NCBI GenBank assembly: GCA_002269645.1
Contig: NIVC01000976.1
Span: 248,001 to 312,000 of the forward strand
Direction of reading: 5' to 3'
Source of the DNA: Macrostomum lignano
Taxonomy: Eukaryota
DNA length: 64,000 nucleotides
In this document: positions 22,516 through 42,600 of the stretch, piece by piece
Position numbering within the stretch: position 1 is the first letter of the stretch
Layout: each line of letters starts with the position of its first letter
The notes under the pieces: generated by a model
Told to the model about the DNA's origin: nothing
The model's database searches: none
What the model saw: only the letters and a program-made list of their open reading frames with translations
Made by a program: the position numbers and the translations under genes

Positions 22516-24246
22516 ATGGAAGGTATGTGCTAGAACTCACATGTTCTTCTAATTAAAACGCAAAAAGCAACTCAGTTTATTAACTTGAATAGTTCAGTTC
22601 GTCAGTTAGTTAGCTTAGTCAGTTCAGACTGTTCATCTAGGATAGTTTAACCTGTTCATAGGCCTAGTTAATTTTTATGTGGCTTTTTGTTATTATGTAA
22701 GACAGATTTTCCTCTAATAGTTTTCAAGTCTTTGACATGCAAGTTTTTTAATAAGAGATAATGATCTTGAATCAGTAATAATTTTTGGAGTAAGATAATT
22801 TGTATTAAAAGTTTTATCAGTATTTAGATTATTAGAAGCTGCAAAACAATTTTTGAACTTTTGACTTTTACTTAAAATGACAAATTAACGATTTATTCGT
22901 GCATGCCAAATATTTTCAGATTTGTTTCAGGAGAAAAAGAGTGCCTTTGTGTTCGATTCATGCCAGAATCGTCGTCTATTTCCATTTCACATACCGACCA
23001 ATAGAATGGGATCAAATATGCCATCAGTGACAGCTGCGCCACACCTGGGCCCTGGCTACTACAACAATGAAGAGGTTTGTACATTAATTTATATCTTTAA
23101 TACACTGTATGGGTCTAGATGGAAAAATATAGTTGTTTGATTCGTTCGACATATACCCTAAAAATCTGCAGAAAACAAACTTCGGCTACACCCTGGAACA
23201 GAAGGTTGGTAGCACAAAGGGTTACGCTTTAGGCGCGCGAACTGCGCCCAGATTTCGAGGCGCCAGCGGTGGCGCAGGCAGCGACACTGGCGGCCTCGGG
23301 CCGGGCGCCTATCACCTGCCTGACAACTACGATGAGCTGCAGCGGGAAGCGGCCCGCGACCGCGAACTCGGCCGACCACCGTTCTTGTCCGCCACCCAAC
23401 GCTTTCCGGTGTTCAAGAGGGAGATTTTCGAGGTCAATCCAAGGTGAGGAAGTCGATTTTGACCCAATGAGCCACATCAAGACTGCATCACTGATCGCCA
23501 TTCTTTATGGCGAAAAATCCATTGCCTTACGGATTATTCCCAGGATCTTGTGATCTTCAAAAAAATAATCCATGAAGCCACTTATTCTTATCATTAATTC
23601 CTGGGCATCAGTACTCCTCAGATTAACAAATATTCAAATCCGCTATCTTCTTGTACGATATCCTGAAGGACGCAAAATGCACCGTCCGCTAGGCTAATAC
23701 TGCACTGCTGCTTAACAACCCACAAACTAACTTTCTGATCTCTCCAACCCTCCGCCATCTGAACCAGCCCGGGCAACTACGAGCACGAGGTGCAGCGCAA
23801 CCGCAAGGTGCAGTGGCAGCAGTCGTTCGGCGGCACGCCAACAAACCTGCCGAGTGTGCAGCAGAAGAGCACGCTGGTGCAGAATACCGACAAGGTGTGT
23901 GACGATTTCTTAGAATTGAGGGGTGATTCTCAGGATTATACGAGCGGCTGATAAATAGAATTTGTGGAGCTATTCTTGGGGGCTGAGCAAGATATGCTGC
24001 TATGCTGAGAATTACCTCAGCGCTGATTGTGCATGGGAGGAGAGGATAAGCAAGGCAGTTATGATAATTTAAAATATGGATTTTCTGAGTAATTTTTAGA
24101 CGTAAAGAGAAATAATTAAAGCTTCATGCTGAGCAGCACCTGAAACTGCAAACTCCCGCGCACAAATTCAACAGCTGAGATCGACAAAGGACGAGAAGAA
24201 GTACCAGCGCCGCTTGGCCTACATGAAGCTGTTCTACACTGACTAA
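22516..24246 (+). CDS. PIFO: Pitchfork/CIMAP3-like ciliary protein; exons 22516-22522, 22920-23074, 23172-23443, 23768-23894, 24175-24246
   Basis: Motifs SCQNRRLFP, APHLGPGYY, STKGYALGARTAPRF, SPGNYE and C-terminal RRLAYMKLFY match pitchfork. All four introns are GT-AG and frame-compatible. The 7-nt first exon is the least certain. Confidence 0.8.
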
Positions 24247-24972
24247 AAAAGTCCACGTCGTTGACCGAACATTTACAATTATGACACCTTAATCTTCTAT
24301 TTTGCCAATTGTTTGACGAAACTAATTTGAGACACAGATGGAAGGCTATGACTCAAAAACACACAAAATGATTCTTGCGTCTGTACTTTTCTCGTGAATG
24401 CCTATTATTAATTGCGAAATATTCCTCTCGCTACGAGAGTAAGTACTCGTATGGAATTTGACTATTAGGTGTTTGTGTAAACTCTGCTTTTTCTGCTTTC
24501 CATTATGCCGCTTCTAAAAGATAGAAGAGAACAAACTTATTAGAGAAATACAAAGGGCACAACAAGGCGGTTTCGTCTCGAGCACCAAAGTATTTACTCA
24601 TTTGATTCTTTCAGTTCATCGAGTCCTTGTCGAATTAGCCTACTAACGAGAGTAGTAATTAAGGCAAAGATAAAAAATTTAACAACAAAACTAGATAAGA
24701 TATAAATAAGATATTCGATTGCCAAATGAAAGTTTGTTTAATATAAATTCAAATTTTCTTTGTATAATTACGCTAACGCTAAAATCAAAACAGGGCTTCG
24801 TAGAAAACGAGACCAATAGAAAATTTAACAGAAGAGAAACAACGCGACATGAAATTCGATATAAAATTAGTAATAAAAACAGAATATCAGACTATGGTTT
24901 TATTGAATTTACGGCATGATTTGGTCCACAGCAAGAAACTGCGATTAAATTGGAAGTGAAATGGCGGATGAA

Positions 24973-25358
24973 CCCAGCAACTGACAACTATGGGAGGCTG
25001 GCCCAGCAACTGACAACTATGGGAGGCTGGCCCAGCAACTGACAACTATGGGAGGCTGGCCTAGCAACTGACAACTATGGGAGGCTGGCCTAGCAACTGA
25101 CAACTATGGGAGGCTGGCCTAGCAACTGACAACTATGGGAGGCTGGCCTAGCAACTGACAACTATGGGAGGCTGGCCTAGCAACTGACAACTATGGAAGG
25201 CTGGCCTAGCAACTGACAATAACTATGGGAGGCTGGCTTAGCAACCGAGGAACTGGAAGGCTGGCCCAGCAACTGGGGATCTGAAAGGCTGGCCTAGCAA
25301 CTGGGGATCTGGGAGGCTGGCCCAGCAACTGAGGATCTGGGAGGCTGGCCCAGCAACT
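24973..25358. repeat. 29-bp tandem repeat
   Basis: cccagcaactgacaactatgggaggctgg, about 9 well-conserved and several degenerate copies. Confidence 0.92.
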
Positions 25359-26005
25359 TAAATTATAACGAACTCCAAAATCTGAAGTTGCTTCAGGAGC
25401 ATAAAATGGAAGAAATCATGACTGAAGATAGCAAAAGAATCAATAAAAGTTACTTCAATGCTGAACTGATGCCGTGATCTAAAATGGTGAAATAACAGGG
25501 CAGTCATGGGTCACAGTTTATGAGACAAAGGAAGCACCACACAGGAAGCTCCGTCTTGATCAACTGAGAATATTAATAAACAATGAATCTATCGCAACAT
25601 GAGCCAGCCTTGGTGATTGCTGATTCATCATTTCAATAGAAAATGGAGCGTAAAGCGTGGACAAGATTCATCTCAAATCAGACTCTAACAACAGAAATCA
25701 CAAGATTGCACGCATGATTCATTTGGCACAATAAAAATTGGCAAAATTCAATCAATTGTTACATAAAAAAACTGACTCGATAGTTGCAAGTGTATAACTA
25801 ATCTACGAGTGGCAACAGATGAACTACAGACCTTCATAATCCGCCTTGACAACGAGTTCGAAAATTCAGACTGCGAGCAAGCGATGTTTAGGAACAAAAT
25901 TGTGGGTATTTCTGTCAGACTGTTCGAAGTACAGCAGGTGCCGTTTGTTGGTTGTGCATTTTTTCAAACGCAATTTGTCTATGGCAAAATCAAGCGTAGT
26001 AAGTA

Positions 26006-27204
26006 TCTAGTCGCTCTGGCTGGCTTCTAGTCCCTCTGGCTGGCTTCTAGTCCCTCTGGCTGGCTTCTAGTCACACTGATTGGCTTCTAGTCCCTCTGGC
26101 TGGCTTTTAATCACTCTGATTGACTTTTAGTCACTCTCACTGGCTTTTAATCACTCTGATTGACTTTTAGTCGCTATGATTGACTTCTAGTCACTCTCAC
26201 TGGCTTCTAGTCACTCTCACTGGCTTCTAGTCACTCTCACTGGCTTCTAGTCACTTTCACTGGCTTCTAGTCACTCTCATTGGTTTCTAGTCACTCTCAC
26301 TGGCTTCTAGTCACTCTCACTGGCTTCTAGTCAATCTCACTGGCTTCTAGTCACTCTCACTGGCTTCTAGTCACTCTCATTGGCTTCTAGTCACTCTCAC
26401 TGGCTTCTAGTGAATCTCACTGGCTTCTAGTCACTCTCATTGGCTTCTAATCACTCTCACTGGCTTCTAGTCAATCTCACTGGCTTCTAGTCACTCTCAC
26501 TGGCTTCTAGTCAATCTCACTGGCTTCTAGTCACTCTCACTGGCTTCTAGTCACTCTCACTGGCTTCTAGTCACTCTCACTGGCTTCTAGTCAATCTCAC
26601 TGGCTTCTAGTCACTCTCATTGGCTTCTAGTCACTCTCACTGGCTTCTAGTCACTCTCACTGGCTTCTAGTCACTCTCACTGGCTTCTAGTCACTCTCAC
26701 TGGCTTCTAGTCACTTTCACTGGCTTCTAGTCACTCTCATTGGCTTCTAGTCACTCTCACTGGCTTCTAGTCACTCTCACTGGCTTCTAGTCACTTTCAC
26801 TGGCTTCTAGTCACTCTCACTGGCTTCTAGTCAATCTCACTGGCTTCTAGTAACTCTCACTAGCTTCTAGTCACTCTCACTGGCTTCTAGTCACTTTCAC
26901 TGGCTTCTAGTCACTCTCATTGGCTTCTAGTCACTCTCACTGGCTTCTAGTCACTCTCACTGGCTTCTAGTCACTCTCACTGGCTTCTAGTCACTTTCAC
27001 TGGCTTCTAGTCAATCTCACTGGCTTCTAGTCACTCTCACTGGCTTCTAGTCACTCTCACTGGCTTCTAGTCACTCTCACTGGCTTCTAGTCACTCTCAC
27101 TGGCTTCTAGTCACTCTCACTGGCTTCTAGTCACTCTCACTGGCTTCTAGTCACTTTCACTGGCTTCTAGTCACTTTCACTGGCTTCTAGTCACTCTCAC
27201 TGGC
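26006..27204. repeat. 20-bp minisatellite, about 60 copies
   Basis: tggcttctagtcactctcac. Confidence 0.97.
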
Positions 27205-27568
27205 AAAGCTATCAATTTGATAACATGAAAAATTTCTATCTCGAGAATGCTTTTATTCCCAAGTCAATTAAGCGAAATGTTCAGGACTTTGCGTGGCCAG
27301 TGATTTTCTGTGTCAACGGGCGCTGGGGATTACGCCCAATTGACGATATGTATCGATATAACTATTATAGTTTAGAAGTCTAAATGCCTTAATGTCTTCT
27401 ATCCTTGTATTTGGCTACACAAAGATAAATTGCATAATTATTGCCCCAATTATTAATTTTTCATCGAATAGACTGGGCATTGGACGCCACTGAATAATTG
27501 GTCTCAGGCACTCAGTTCTTGTCGGCATACCGAACTACTGACAGTAGTTTGCAGCAAATAAGTAATGT

Positions 27569-33384
<5,816 letters not shown>

Positions 33385-34394
33385 CAGAATTCATCATTTG
33401 CGAGCAGTGCATTTATATTTCTTTCGATACATATCGCCAATACAGCTTTTCAAATATATAAGACTTACTACCATAACTAAGTACCAAATAAAAACTGTAT
33501 TTTCGATACATATCGGTAAGTTAAATCCTTATAGTCACAATCAAGAGAAACAAAGAACGTTTCTAAGAAACAAAGCTCTCTTTAAGTTTTTCCTGACTAG
33601 GGAAATAGTTAAAGCACTTTCAATGCGAAAACCGTATTTTAGATACATATCGGAAATTCTCATTATCTAAATTTTACGTAGTCTTAGAGCTATTAGTAAA
33701 AACTACTAACAGTAGGCTAAAAGCATATTAAATAACAGAAAAAAATCCAAGCGGATAAGTGCATGCGCATCACAGAGGGCATAAAATGAGGCATTGACAG
33801 CTGGCATTGCATAGAGCGGCAGGCAGTGTATTTTCAATTTAAACTCAGCAATATCAGGAATAAAGATTTATTATAACAAAGTGAACAACTTGGACTCTGT
33901 AGATTTACAATTTAAAGTCGGTCAAACGAAAGCCTTCGCCAATAATGTAAGCAGATATGTTACCATACAAATAGTGCGCGTATATAGTAATAACAATAAT
34001 AATAACAATGTTTTGATAGCAAGACAGACATTTTATTACAAAGCGCATTCAGCCAGGATGATCAGCCGATCAAAATCTGGGTGCAAAAACTGAAGTTACT
34101 GATATTTATCGTATTAAAAATTGACCAGTTGACCCCCATAGCGGCCGGCACAACAGTTCGCGCGCTAATAAAAAATAAATAAATAGATATTTCTATTAAT
34201 AATCCAAGTATGAAAGATTAGCGATTGCCTATGCGACACATCAACTGACTAAACTGCAAGCGTCAGACACTACTGCTGTTGCATAGTAGCGAATTGAAGC
34301 CACGTACTGTATCAGTGTACAGGCCGTTGCATGAAATTGGATCTGACAGAGACCTGAAAAACTTGAGCGCAATCACAGCTAGTTTCAGAAGTTC

Positions 34395-35215
34395 CCGAAT
34401 CAGAACCGCAGATCCCCAAAACTGCAAATCAATAACTGCAGATCCCAAAACTGCCAGTCAAGAACTGCAGATCCCAAAACTGCCAGTCAAGAACTGCAGA
34501 TTCCCAAAACTGCCAGTCAAGAACTGCAGATTCCCAAAACTGCCAGTCAAGAACTGCAGTTCCCAAAACTACCAGTCAAGAACTGCAGATCCCCAAAACT
34601 GCCAGTCAAGAACTGCAGATCCCCAAAACTGCCAGTCAAGAACTGCAGATTCCCAAAACTGCCAGTCAATAACTGCAGATCCCCAAAACTGCCAGTCAAG
34701 AACTGCAGATCTCTAAAACTACCAGTCAAGAACTGCAGACCTCCAAAACTGCCAGTCAAGAACTGCAGATCCCAAAACTGCCAGTCAAGAACTGCAGATC
34801 CCAAAACTGCCAATGAAGAACTGCAGATCCCAAAACTGCCAGTCAAGAACTGCAGATCCCAAAACTGCCAAAGAAGAAATGCAGATCCCAAAACTGCCAA
34901 TGAAGAACTGCAGATCCCAAAACTGCCAGTCAAGAACTGCAGATCCCAAAACTGCCAATGAAGAAATGCAGATCCCAAAACTGCCAATCAAGAACTGCAG
35001 ATTCCCAAAACTACCAGTCAAGAACTGCAGACCTCCAAAACTGCCAGTCAAAAAATGCAGATCCCAAAACTACCAGTCAAGAACTGCAGATTCCCAAAAC
35101 TACCAGTCAAGAAATGCAGATCCTCAAAACTGCCAGTCAAAAAATGCAGATCCCAAAACTACCAGTCAAAAACTGCAGATCCCCCAAACTACCAGTCAAG
35201 AATTGCAGATCCAAA
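34395..35215. repeat. 29-30-bp tandem repeat between the KLHL18 stop and the FATP start
   Basis: aagaactgcagatcccaaaactgccagtc and variants. Confidence 0.93.
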
Positions 35216-35292
35216 AACATGGCATCAGCAACCAGATCCCGGATCAATGTTATTGTCATGGACATTGCGGTGACCCAGCAGTTCTGGCAGCC

Positions 35293-38200
35293 TTACAGAG
35301 CCGCCATGGTCTCCAGATTGGCCGACGAATTCGCCGAGTTACCAGCCGCCGGCGAACCCGGCGCAGTCGCCGCCGCGGACACCGGGGAGCCCCGCGCCAG
35401 CGCCAGCATCGGCGCCGAGTAGCTGACGGCCAGTCCGCAGCGCGGCGGCAGCACGCCGACTCCAACGCCGCCCTCGTGAGCGGTGAGCGGCGGCGCCTCC
35501 GCCCAGACCTTCGACTCCTCGTCGTACACCTCCACGGAGCTCAGGTTCTGCACGCCGTTGTAGCCGCCTGGGTGGACGGGGGGAGAGGAGTCACCATGGG
35601 ATCTTTAGTGAATGCCAGAGATCTAACAATGGGATTTTAGACGGCACAATTGGATCTACCGGAAATTTTCTGGGGTCTTATGAGATTGAGTGGGATTTTT
35701 GGGATAAAGATCTTATGGGATAAAGTGGGGATCTTATGGGATAAATTGGGAATCTTATGGAGATAAATTGGGAATCTTATGGGATAAAGTGGGATCTCGG
35801 GGGGGGGGGTTGGAATCAAAGAATCGCTCATAGGGGCTCACCAATAGCGTACAGCTTGCCCCAGGTGGCGGTGAGGGCAACCCTGGACCGCAGGGCATTA
35901 AGCGAAGCAGCCAGAGTCCACTCGTTAGTAGCTGGGCAGTAGTACTCCACCGTGTTGAGAAAATGCAGCCCATCGTAGCCGCCGGCAACATAGATTTTAT
36001 CGCCCAGAGCGGCCACGCCGTGCCGGCAGCGCCGGTTGCGCATCGGAGCCACCGTGCGCCACACCGGGTCCACCTGGCGTAGGGGGGTGGGGGTATTGTT
36101 TCTGGGAGTCATTATCTGCCTTATGAAACAGATTTACTAATCTCTACATTTTTTCCTCTTAAACATTTAAATGAAAATTCTCGGAATTCTAAAGTTTACA
36201 AAATAAGAATTCCCCCAAAACTACCAAATCTGCCAAATCGAACTTCTCCGGAATCTGCTAAAACTACCAAATTAACAATTCTCCCGGAATCTACCAAAAC
36301 TACTAAATCAACAATTCTCCTTAATCTGCCAAAACTATAAATCAACAATTCTCCTTAATCTGCCAAAACTATAAATCAACAATTCTCCTTAATCTGCCAA
36401 AACTATAAATCAACAATTCTCCTTAATCTGCCAAAACTATAAATCAACAATTCTCCTTAATCTGCCAAAACTATAAATCAACAATTCTCCTTAATCTGCC
36501 AAAACTATAAATCAACAATTCTCCTTAATCTGCCAAAACTATAAATCAACAATTCTCCTTAATCTGCCAAAACTATAAATCAACAATTCTCCTTAATCTG
36601 CCAAAACTATAAATCAACAATTCTCCTTAATCTGCCAAAACTATAAATCAACAATTCTCCTTAATCTGCCAAAACTATAAATCAACAATTCTCCTTAATC
36701 TGCCAAAACTATAAATCAACAATTCTCCTTAATCTGCCAAAACTATAAATCAACAATTCTCCTTAATCTGCCAAAACTATAAATCAACAATTCTCCTTAA
36801 TCTGCCAAAACTATAAATCAACAATTCTCCTTAATCTGCCAAAACTATAAATCAACAATTCTCCTTAATCTGCCAAAACTATAAATCAACAATTCTCCTT
36901 AATCTGCCAAAACTATAAATCAACAATTCTCCTTAATCTGCCAAAACTATAAATCAACAATTCTCCTTAATCTGCCAAAACTATAAATCAACAATTCTCC
37001 TTAATCTGCCAAAACTATAAATCAACAATTCTCCTTAATCTGCCAAAACTATAAATCAACAATTCTCCTTAATCTGCCAAAACTATAAATCAACAATTCT
37101 CCTTAATCTGCCAAAACTATAAATCAACAATTCTCCTTAATCTGCCAAAACTATAAATCAACAATTCTCCTTAATCTGCCAAAACTATAAATCAACAATT
37201 CTCCTTAATCTGCCAAAACTATAAATCAAAAATTCTCCTTAATCTGCCAAAACTATAAATCAACAATTCTCCTTAATCTGCCAAAACTATAAATCAAAAA
37301 TTCTTCGGAATCTGGCAAAACTATAAATCAACAATTCTCCTTAATCTGCCAAAACTATAAATCAACAATTCTTCGGAATCTGGCAAAACTAACAAATTAA
37401 CAAACAACTCTCCGGAATCTGCCAAAACTACGAAATCAACAATTCTTCGGAATCTGCCAAAACTACAAACTCAAAACTCCCCCGAAGCCCAAAACTACCA
37501 AACTATGAGTTTCCCAAATCCCAAAGCCACCAAGACGCAGTTCGCACAGGGCTCAGCCGCTCCACAGTGTCATAAATAGCCAGGCCATTGTGCCCGCCCA
37601 GCGCGTAGAGCTGGTTGTCCAAAGCCACGACCCCGCCGGCGGAGCGGCAGTCAGCCATGTTGGGCATCATGTGCCACTGGTCCCGCTCCGGCCAGTACAC
37701 CTCACAGGAGCGCAGCGAGCTGACCCCGTCGTAGCCGCCGCAGACGTACAATTTGCCAATTAAAGCTGCGGCGCCCAACGCGCTGCGCTTACAGTTCATT
37801 GGCGCAACGCGGCGCCACTGCCCGGCGCCGGGGTCGAACAGCTCGACAGTGTTCAGCCGGTCCTTGCCGTCGTAGCCGCCGATGGCGTACAGCCGGCCGT
37901 TGAGCACCGCCACGCCCACCCGGCTGCGGTGGGTGGTCATGTTCTCCGCCACCTGCGCCGCGGGTGATCCGTTGGGGGTGTTGGTGGAGTGGCGCTGTTT
38001 GTGCTATTAGGCCTGAGCATCTGATATCCCAGTGCATCCCTACAGATATCCCAGTGCATCCCTACAGGTATCCCAGTGCATCCCTACAGATATCCCAGTG
38101 CATCCCTACAGATATCCCAGTGCATCCCTACAGATATCCCAGTGCATCCCTACAGATATCCCAGTGCATCCCTACAGATATGTCCATTGGGATCCTAGAT

Positions 38201-41200
38201 GTACAAAGATGTGCCCAATCAGATTCCTGATGCACAAATCAGACTCCTGATGCACAAATCAGATCCCTATTGTACAAATCAGATTCCTAATGTACAAATC
38301 AGATCCGTGATGTACAAATCAGATCCCTGATGTACAAATCAGATCCCTGATGTACAAATCAGATCCCTGATGTACAAATCAGATCCCTGATGTACAAATC
38401 AGATCCCTGATGTACAAATCAGATCCCTGATGTACAAATCAGATCCCTGATGTACAAATCAGATCCCTGATGTACAAATCAGATCCCTGATGTACAAATC
38501 AGATCCCTGATGTACAAATCAGATCCCTGATGTACAAATCAGATCCCTGATGTACAAATCAGATCCCTGATGTACAAATCAGATCCCTGATGTACAAATC
38601 AGATCCCTGATGTACAAATCAGATCCCTGATGTACAAATCAGATCCCTGATGTACAAATCAGATCCCTGATGTACAAATCAGATCCCTGATGTACAAATC
38701 AGATCCCTGATGTACAAATTAGATCCCTGATGTACAAATTAGATCCCTGATGTACAAATTAGATCCCTGATGTACAGGGACATGAGTCAGTCAAGCCGAG
38801 CTCACCCGCCACTGCTTCTGACCGGGGTCGTAGCACTCAACAGTGGAGATGGAGTCCCCAGATGAGGTCAGGCCGCCAACAGCGTAGATGCAGCCGCAGG
38901 CGCTCAGGCAGGACCGAGGCTGGGTGCGCATGGAGCTGAGCTGACCGAAGCGCCGCTCAGGCAGAAGGAAATAAGCCTTGGCATCGTCTAGTAGGTCACG
39001 ACATTCGAGCGAATTGCGAAACACCGGGTCCTTGCTGATGTCCGCCAGCAGGCCGGTGGGCAGCTGCGTCAGGCGGATGCAGCGAAGGACGGCCAGGGCG
39101 GCCGATTGGCGCTCCGGCTGGCGGTGGCAGAGCCAGCGAAGACCGGCTTGGTACACCTGGGGATGCGGGAGCCGTCACCGATTGGTAGGATAATCAGCAG
39201 AAATGCTACTACTACTACTACTACTATTACTACTTCTTCTACTGCTATTACTACTACTACTACTACAACGTCAACAACAACTATACCTTTTTACGTTCTA
39301 TTTGATAAAAACTGCAACCAATTCGGCCACGGCTCAGCCTGACCATAGACATAGAATTTTCCATAGACAGCCACCGCCAGCGGCAACCAATTTGGTAAAA
39401 ACTGCGAGCTATTTTGCCAGCTTGAAGATAGCAGCTCAATAGCATAACAATAACGATAAAGAATGTTAACAATACATGCACGAAGTCAGAACATTATGTC
39501 CTCAGCATTCAAGCACCGATTGAAGTACGTCTGGGAATGGTTGATCCAGCGCAGGCACTTGAGAGGCGTGAGAGGCAGTAGGTTGACCTTCGACGAATTG
39601 AACAATGGTGTCCACCATAGCCTCCGTCAGCGCCATCCTCTTCACTCCTCCTTTTGGCAGAGTGCCAACTCTACCAGTTCGTTCATACGTGGTCACGATG
39701 TTCCTCACTGTCGGTTTCTTCATCCCCATCATTCTGCCAAGCTCTCCCCGGTCGTCGCCACTCCTGTACGCTCTCACGATTCGCTCTCGATCCAGCTGAC
39801 TTATCTTTTGGTACGGCCCACGATTCGCCATCAGAGCAGCTGCTATCTTCAAGCTGGCAAAATAGCTCGCAGTTTTTGCCAGATTGGTTGCCGCTGGCGG
39901 TGGCTGTCTATGGAAAATTCTATGTCTATGGTCAGGCTGAGCCGTGGCCAAATTGGTTGCAGTTTTTATCAAATAGAACGTAAAAAGGTATACTACTATA
40001 ACTACTGCTACTACCACTACCACTACTACTATTACTACCACTACTAATACTACTACTACTACTACTACCACTACTAATACTACTGCTACTACCACCACTA
40101 CTACTACTACTACTACCACTTACCTCCTCCTCGCTACCAACGTGCACCTCGTCCCGAATAAGCAACCCGGTGAGCTCATCCAGGGACAGCGCCTTGAACT
40201 CCTCGGTGGCGGCCAGCTGGGTGAAGTGCTCGGTCATGTAGGCCTGACATTCGGCCACCAGAGGCTGACAGTCGAACTGTTGAGCAAATCGGCAAACTTC
40301 GGCCACGTTGCTGACAGACAGGCGGGCGCGCATGAAGTCGACGCAGGCGTCCTTGACCTCGGGGACTTGCAGGTAGCTGGCGCCGGAGAACAGCTCCTGA
40401 ATGCGGAAGGTGGGGAGCACTGAAGCCTCAGGGAGGGACAAGCTGTGCTATACTAAAGCTTCAGGGATGGACAAGCCATGCTTTACTGAAGCTTCAGGGA
40501 GGGGCAAGCCATGCTATACTAAAGCTTCAGGGATGGACAAGCCATGCTTTACTGAAGCTTCAGGGAGGGGCAAGCCATGCTCTACTGAAGCTTCAGGGAG
40601 GGGCAAGCCATGCTTTACTGAAGCTTCAGGGAGAGACAAGCCATGCTTTACTGAAGCTTCAGGGAGGGGCAAGCCATGCTTTACTGAAGCTTCAGGGAGG
40701 GACAAGCCGTGCTTTACTGAAGCTTCAGGGAGGGGCAAGCCATGCTTTACTGAAGCTTCAGGGAGGGACAAGCCGTGCTTTACTGAAGCTTCAGGGAGGG
40801 AAAGCTTCAGAGATGGACAAGCCGTGCTTTACTGAAGCTTCAGGGAGGGGCAAGCCATGCTTTACTGAAGCTTCAGGGAGGGACAAGCCGTGCTTTACTG
40901 AAGCTTCAGGGAGGGAAAGCTTCAGAGATGGACAAGCCATGCTTTACTGAAGCCTCAGAAGACACGCAGATACACGAGTAAACGCAAGAAACAAACCTGA
41001 ACATTCTCGCAGGTGATCTGCACCTCCCCAGTGTAGGCAAAGTTGATCAGCAACTCCAGCGCGTTAGCCTCGATGCCCTGCATTTCAACCTCGCCCTTGG
41101 CGCACTCCTTCATGTCGTGCATGAACATGCCGTAGAAGAACGGAATGGAGGCGGCCAGGACCACCCGGTGGGCGGAGAATTTCGAGCCGGCAACGCGCAG

Positions 41201-41416
41201 AGTGACGTCACACAACTTTCCCTGCCTGCGGATTCGCTCGAAGCTGGGGAAGGCGACCAGGAACAGGCGCTTGTCGCGGAACATCACGCTGTCCTCCAGG
41301 TCGGCAGCGGCCACGCTCAGGCTGGAGGAGCCGGCGCCGGGCCGCAGGTGGCCGGGCAAGGCCGCATTCTGCTGCTCAGCGCTGCTTGACGGCACCTTGC
41401 CAGACATTGGGAGCAT
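35293..41416 (-). CDS. KLHL18: Kelch-like protein 18 (BTB-BACK-Kelch); exons 41416-40997, 40396-40124, 39156-38806, 37952-37548, 36073-35842, 35567-35293
   Basis: [12 protein letters not shown]...[54 protein letters not shown] and C-terminal [12 protein letters not shown] match KLHL18. GT-AG introns are frame-compatible. Confidence 0.92.
36305..37370. repeat. 34-bp minisatellite in KLHL18 intron 4, about 31 copies
   Basis: tccttaatctgccaaaactataaatcaacaattc. Confidence 0.97.
38021..38776. repeat. Adjacent 22-bp (about 7 copies) and 20-bp (about 28 copies) arrays in KLHL18 intron 3
   Basis: cagatatcccagtgcatcccta, then agatccctgatgtacaaatc. Confidence 0.95.
39284..39990 (-). mobile_element. 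Internally deleted Tc1/IS630-type DNA transposon (707 bp), 153-bp TIRs, TA TSD
   Basis: TIRs 39284-39436 and 39838-39990 differ at about 3 positions. TA flanks both ends. Internal ORF 39831-39502 ([22 protein letters not shown]...) is HTH-like. Inserted in a (TAC)n run in KLHL18 intron 2. Confidence 0.85.
40418..40955. repeat. 33-bp minisatellite in KLHL18 intron 1
   Basis: actgaagcttcagggaggggcaagccatgcttt. Confidence 0.95.
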
Positions 41417-42049
41417 GAATATGAAAGTTAATTATTGCTTTCAAAATACATCTGCTCTTTTTTTTCTGCAACACTGCTGCTTCTATCATAAGTACAAAAA
41501 GGAAGTTAGGTGGTACCAAACCCTTGGATACAGGTCATCATCTAGAGCAGGGGTTGGCAAACTTTATATCTCAAGGGCCCTTGGGAATGGATGGGATGAG
41601 AAAAGATAGAAGAGAAGAAAAAGATGTGAGAAGAGCTGCAAAACTCAAGCAGGCCAGATTGCTATTGCGAAGATTCAAAGGACCCAGTGGCTAGATAAAG
41701 AGGCTTTGAGGGCTGCATGTGGCCCACAGGCCACATTGCTATTTTATGCTAAAGTGCATAAATTTTCAATAAAACTAAAAAAATATAACATTATATAAAA
41801 TTTTGTGAATTTTTTATAACATCTACAAAAAATCTACATAGTTAAATAAAAATACTTGTTACTGGTTGTATGACAGGTGCAATAGCATATAATATTTGTA
41901 AAAATACATTAAAAATTGCTTAAAATGTATAATTGTATATGAAAAGCCTTTGAAACTTTTTAAAAAAGCAAATAAAATATTAATGACTCATTGATTCAGT
42001 GATGTGTGATCAATGTGTAATTTATGATTTCCTCAATATAGATAATTAG

Positions 42050-42600
42050 TCATTTTGCCCATAAACTGTTTTGGCCATGGACATTTTGCCCCCGGACTAT
42101 TTTGCCTATAGACCATTTTAGCCATGGACTGTTTCTAAACTTTACAGTTTTTTACTTTTAAACTGTTCTTTGATTCTCAATTTTATTGACAAATCTTATT
42201 TTTTAAGTCTTTCTGGCTTTACCTTGCTTGTAATGGAAACCCTTTCTCATCCCCTGACTGTTCAAATTGGCTTTAATTGTCATACTTTTGAAAGGAATGA
42301 CTTTTTTTTAATTTGTATTAATTCACAATCACAATAACCAAAATTGCAATAACACAATAATACAGTTCTTTTAAAAACAATTCAGATCACATTTTATTAC
42401 ACATTTAAACTAAAAAAACTAAAAATTAGCATTGAAAAAAGAAAATAAAAATACATATATGGCTGTATCCCTAAACATAATCATCATTTTGGCTGAAACA
42501 CCTATGATATAGCTAAACTGGTTTATAGGCAAAATGGACTATGGGTGAAATGGTCTCGGGGCAAAATGTCCAGGGCCAAAATGGTTTGGAGGTGAAACAA
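42050..42600. mobile_element. Degenerate MITE-like element with imperfect long inverted ends
   Basis: ttttggccatggacattttgcccc...ttttgcctat near 42070-42110 versus ataggcaaaatgg...ggggcaaaatgtccagggccaaaa near 42525-42580. No TSD resolved. Confidence 0.4.
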
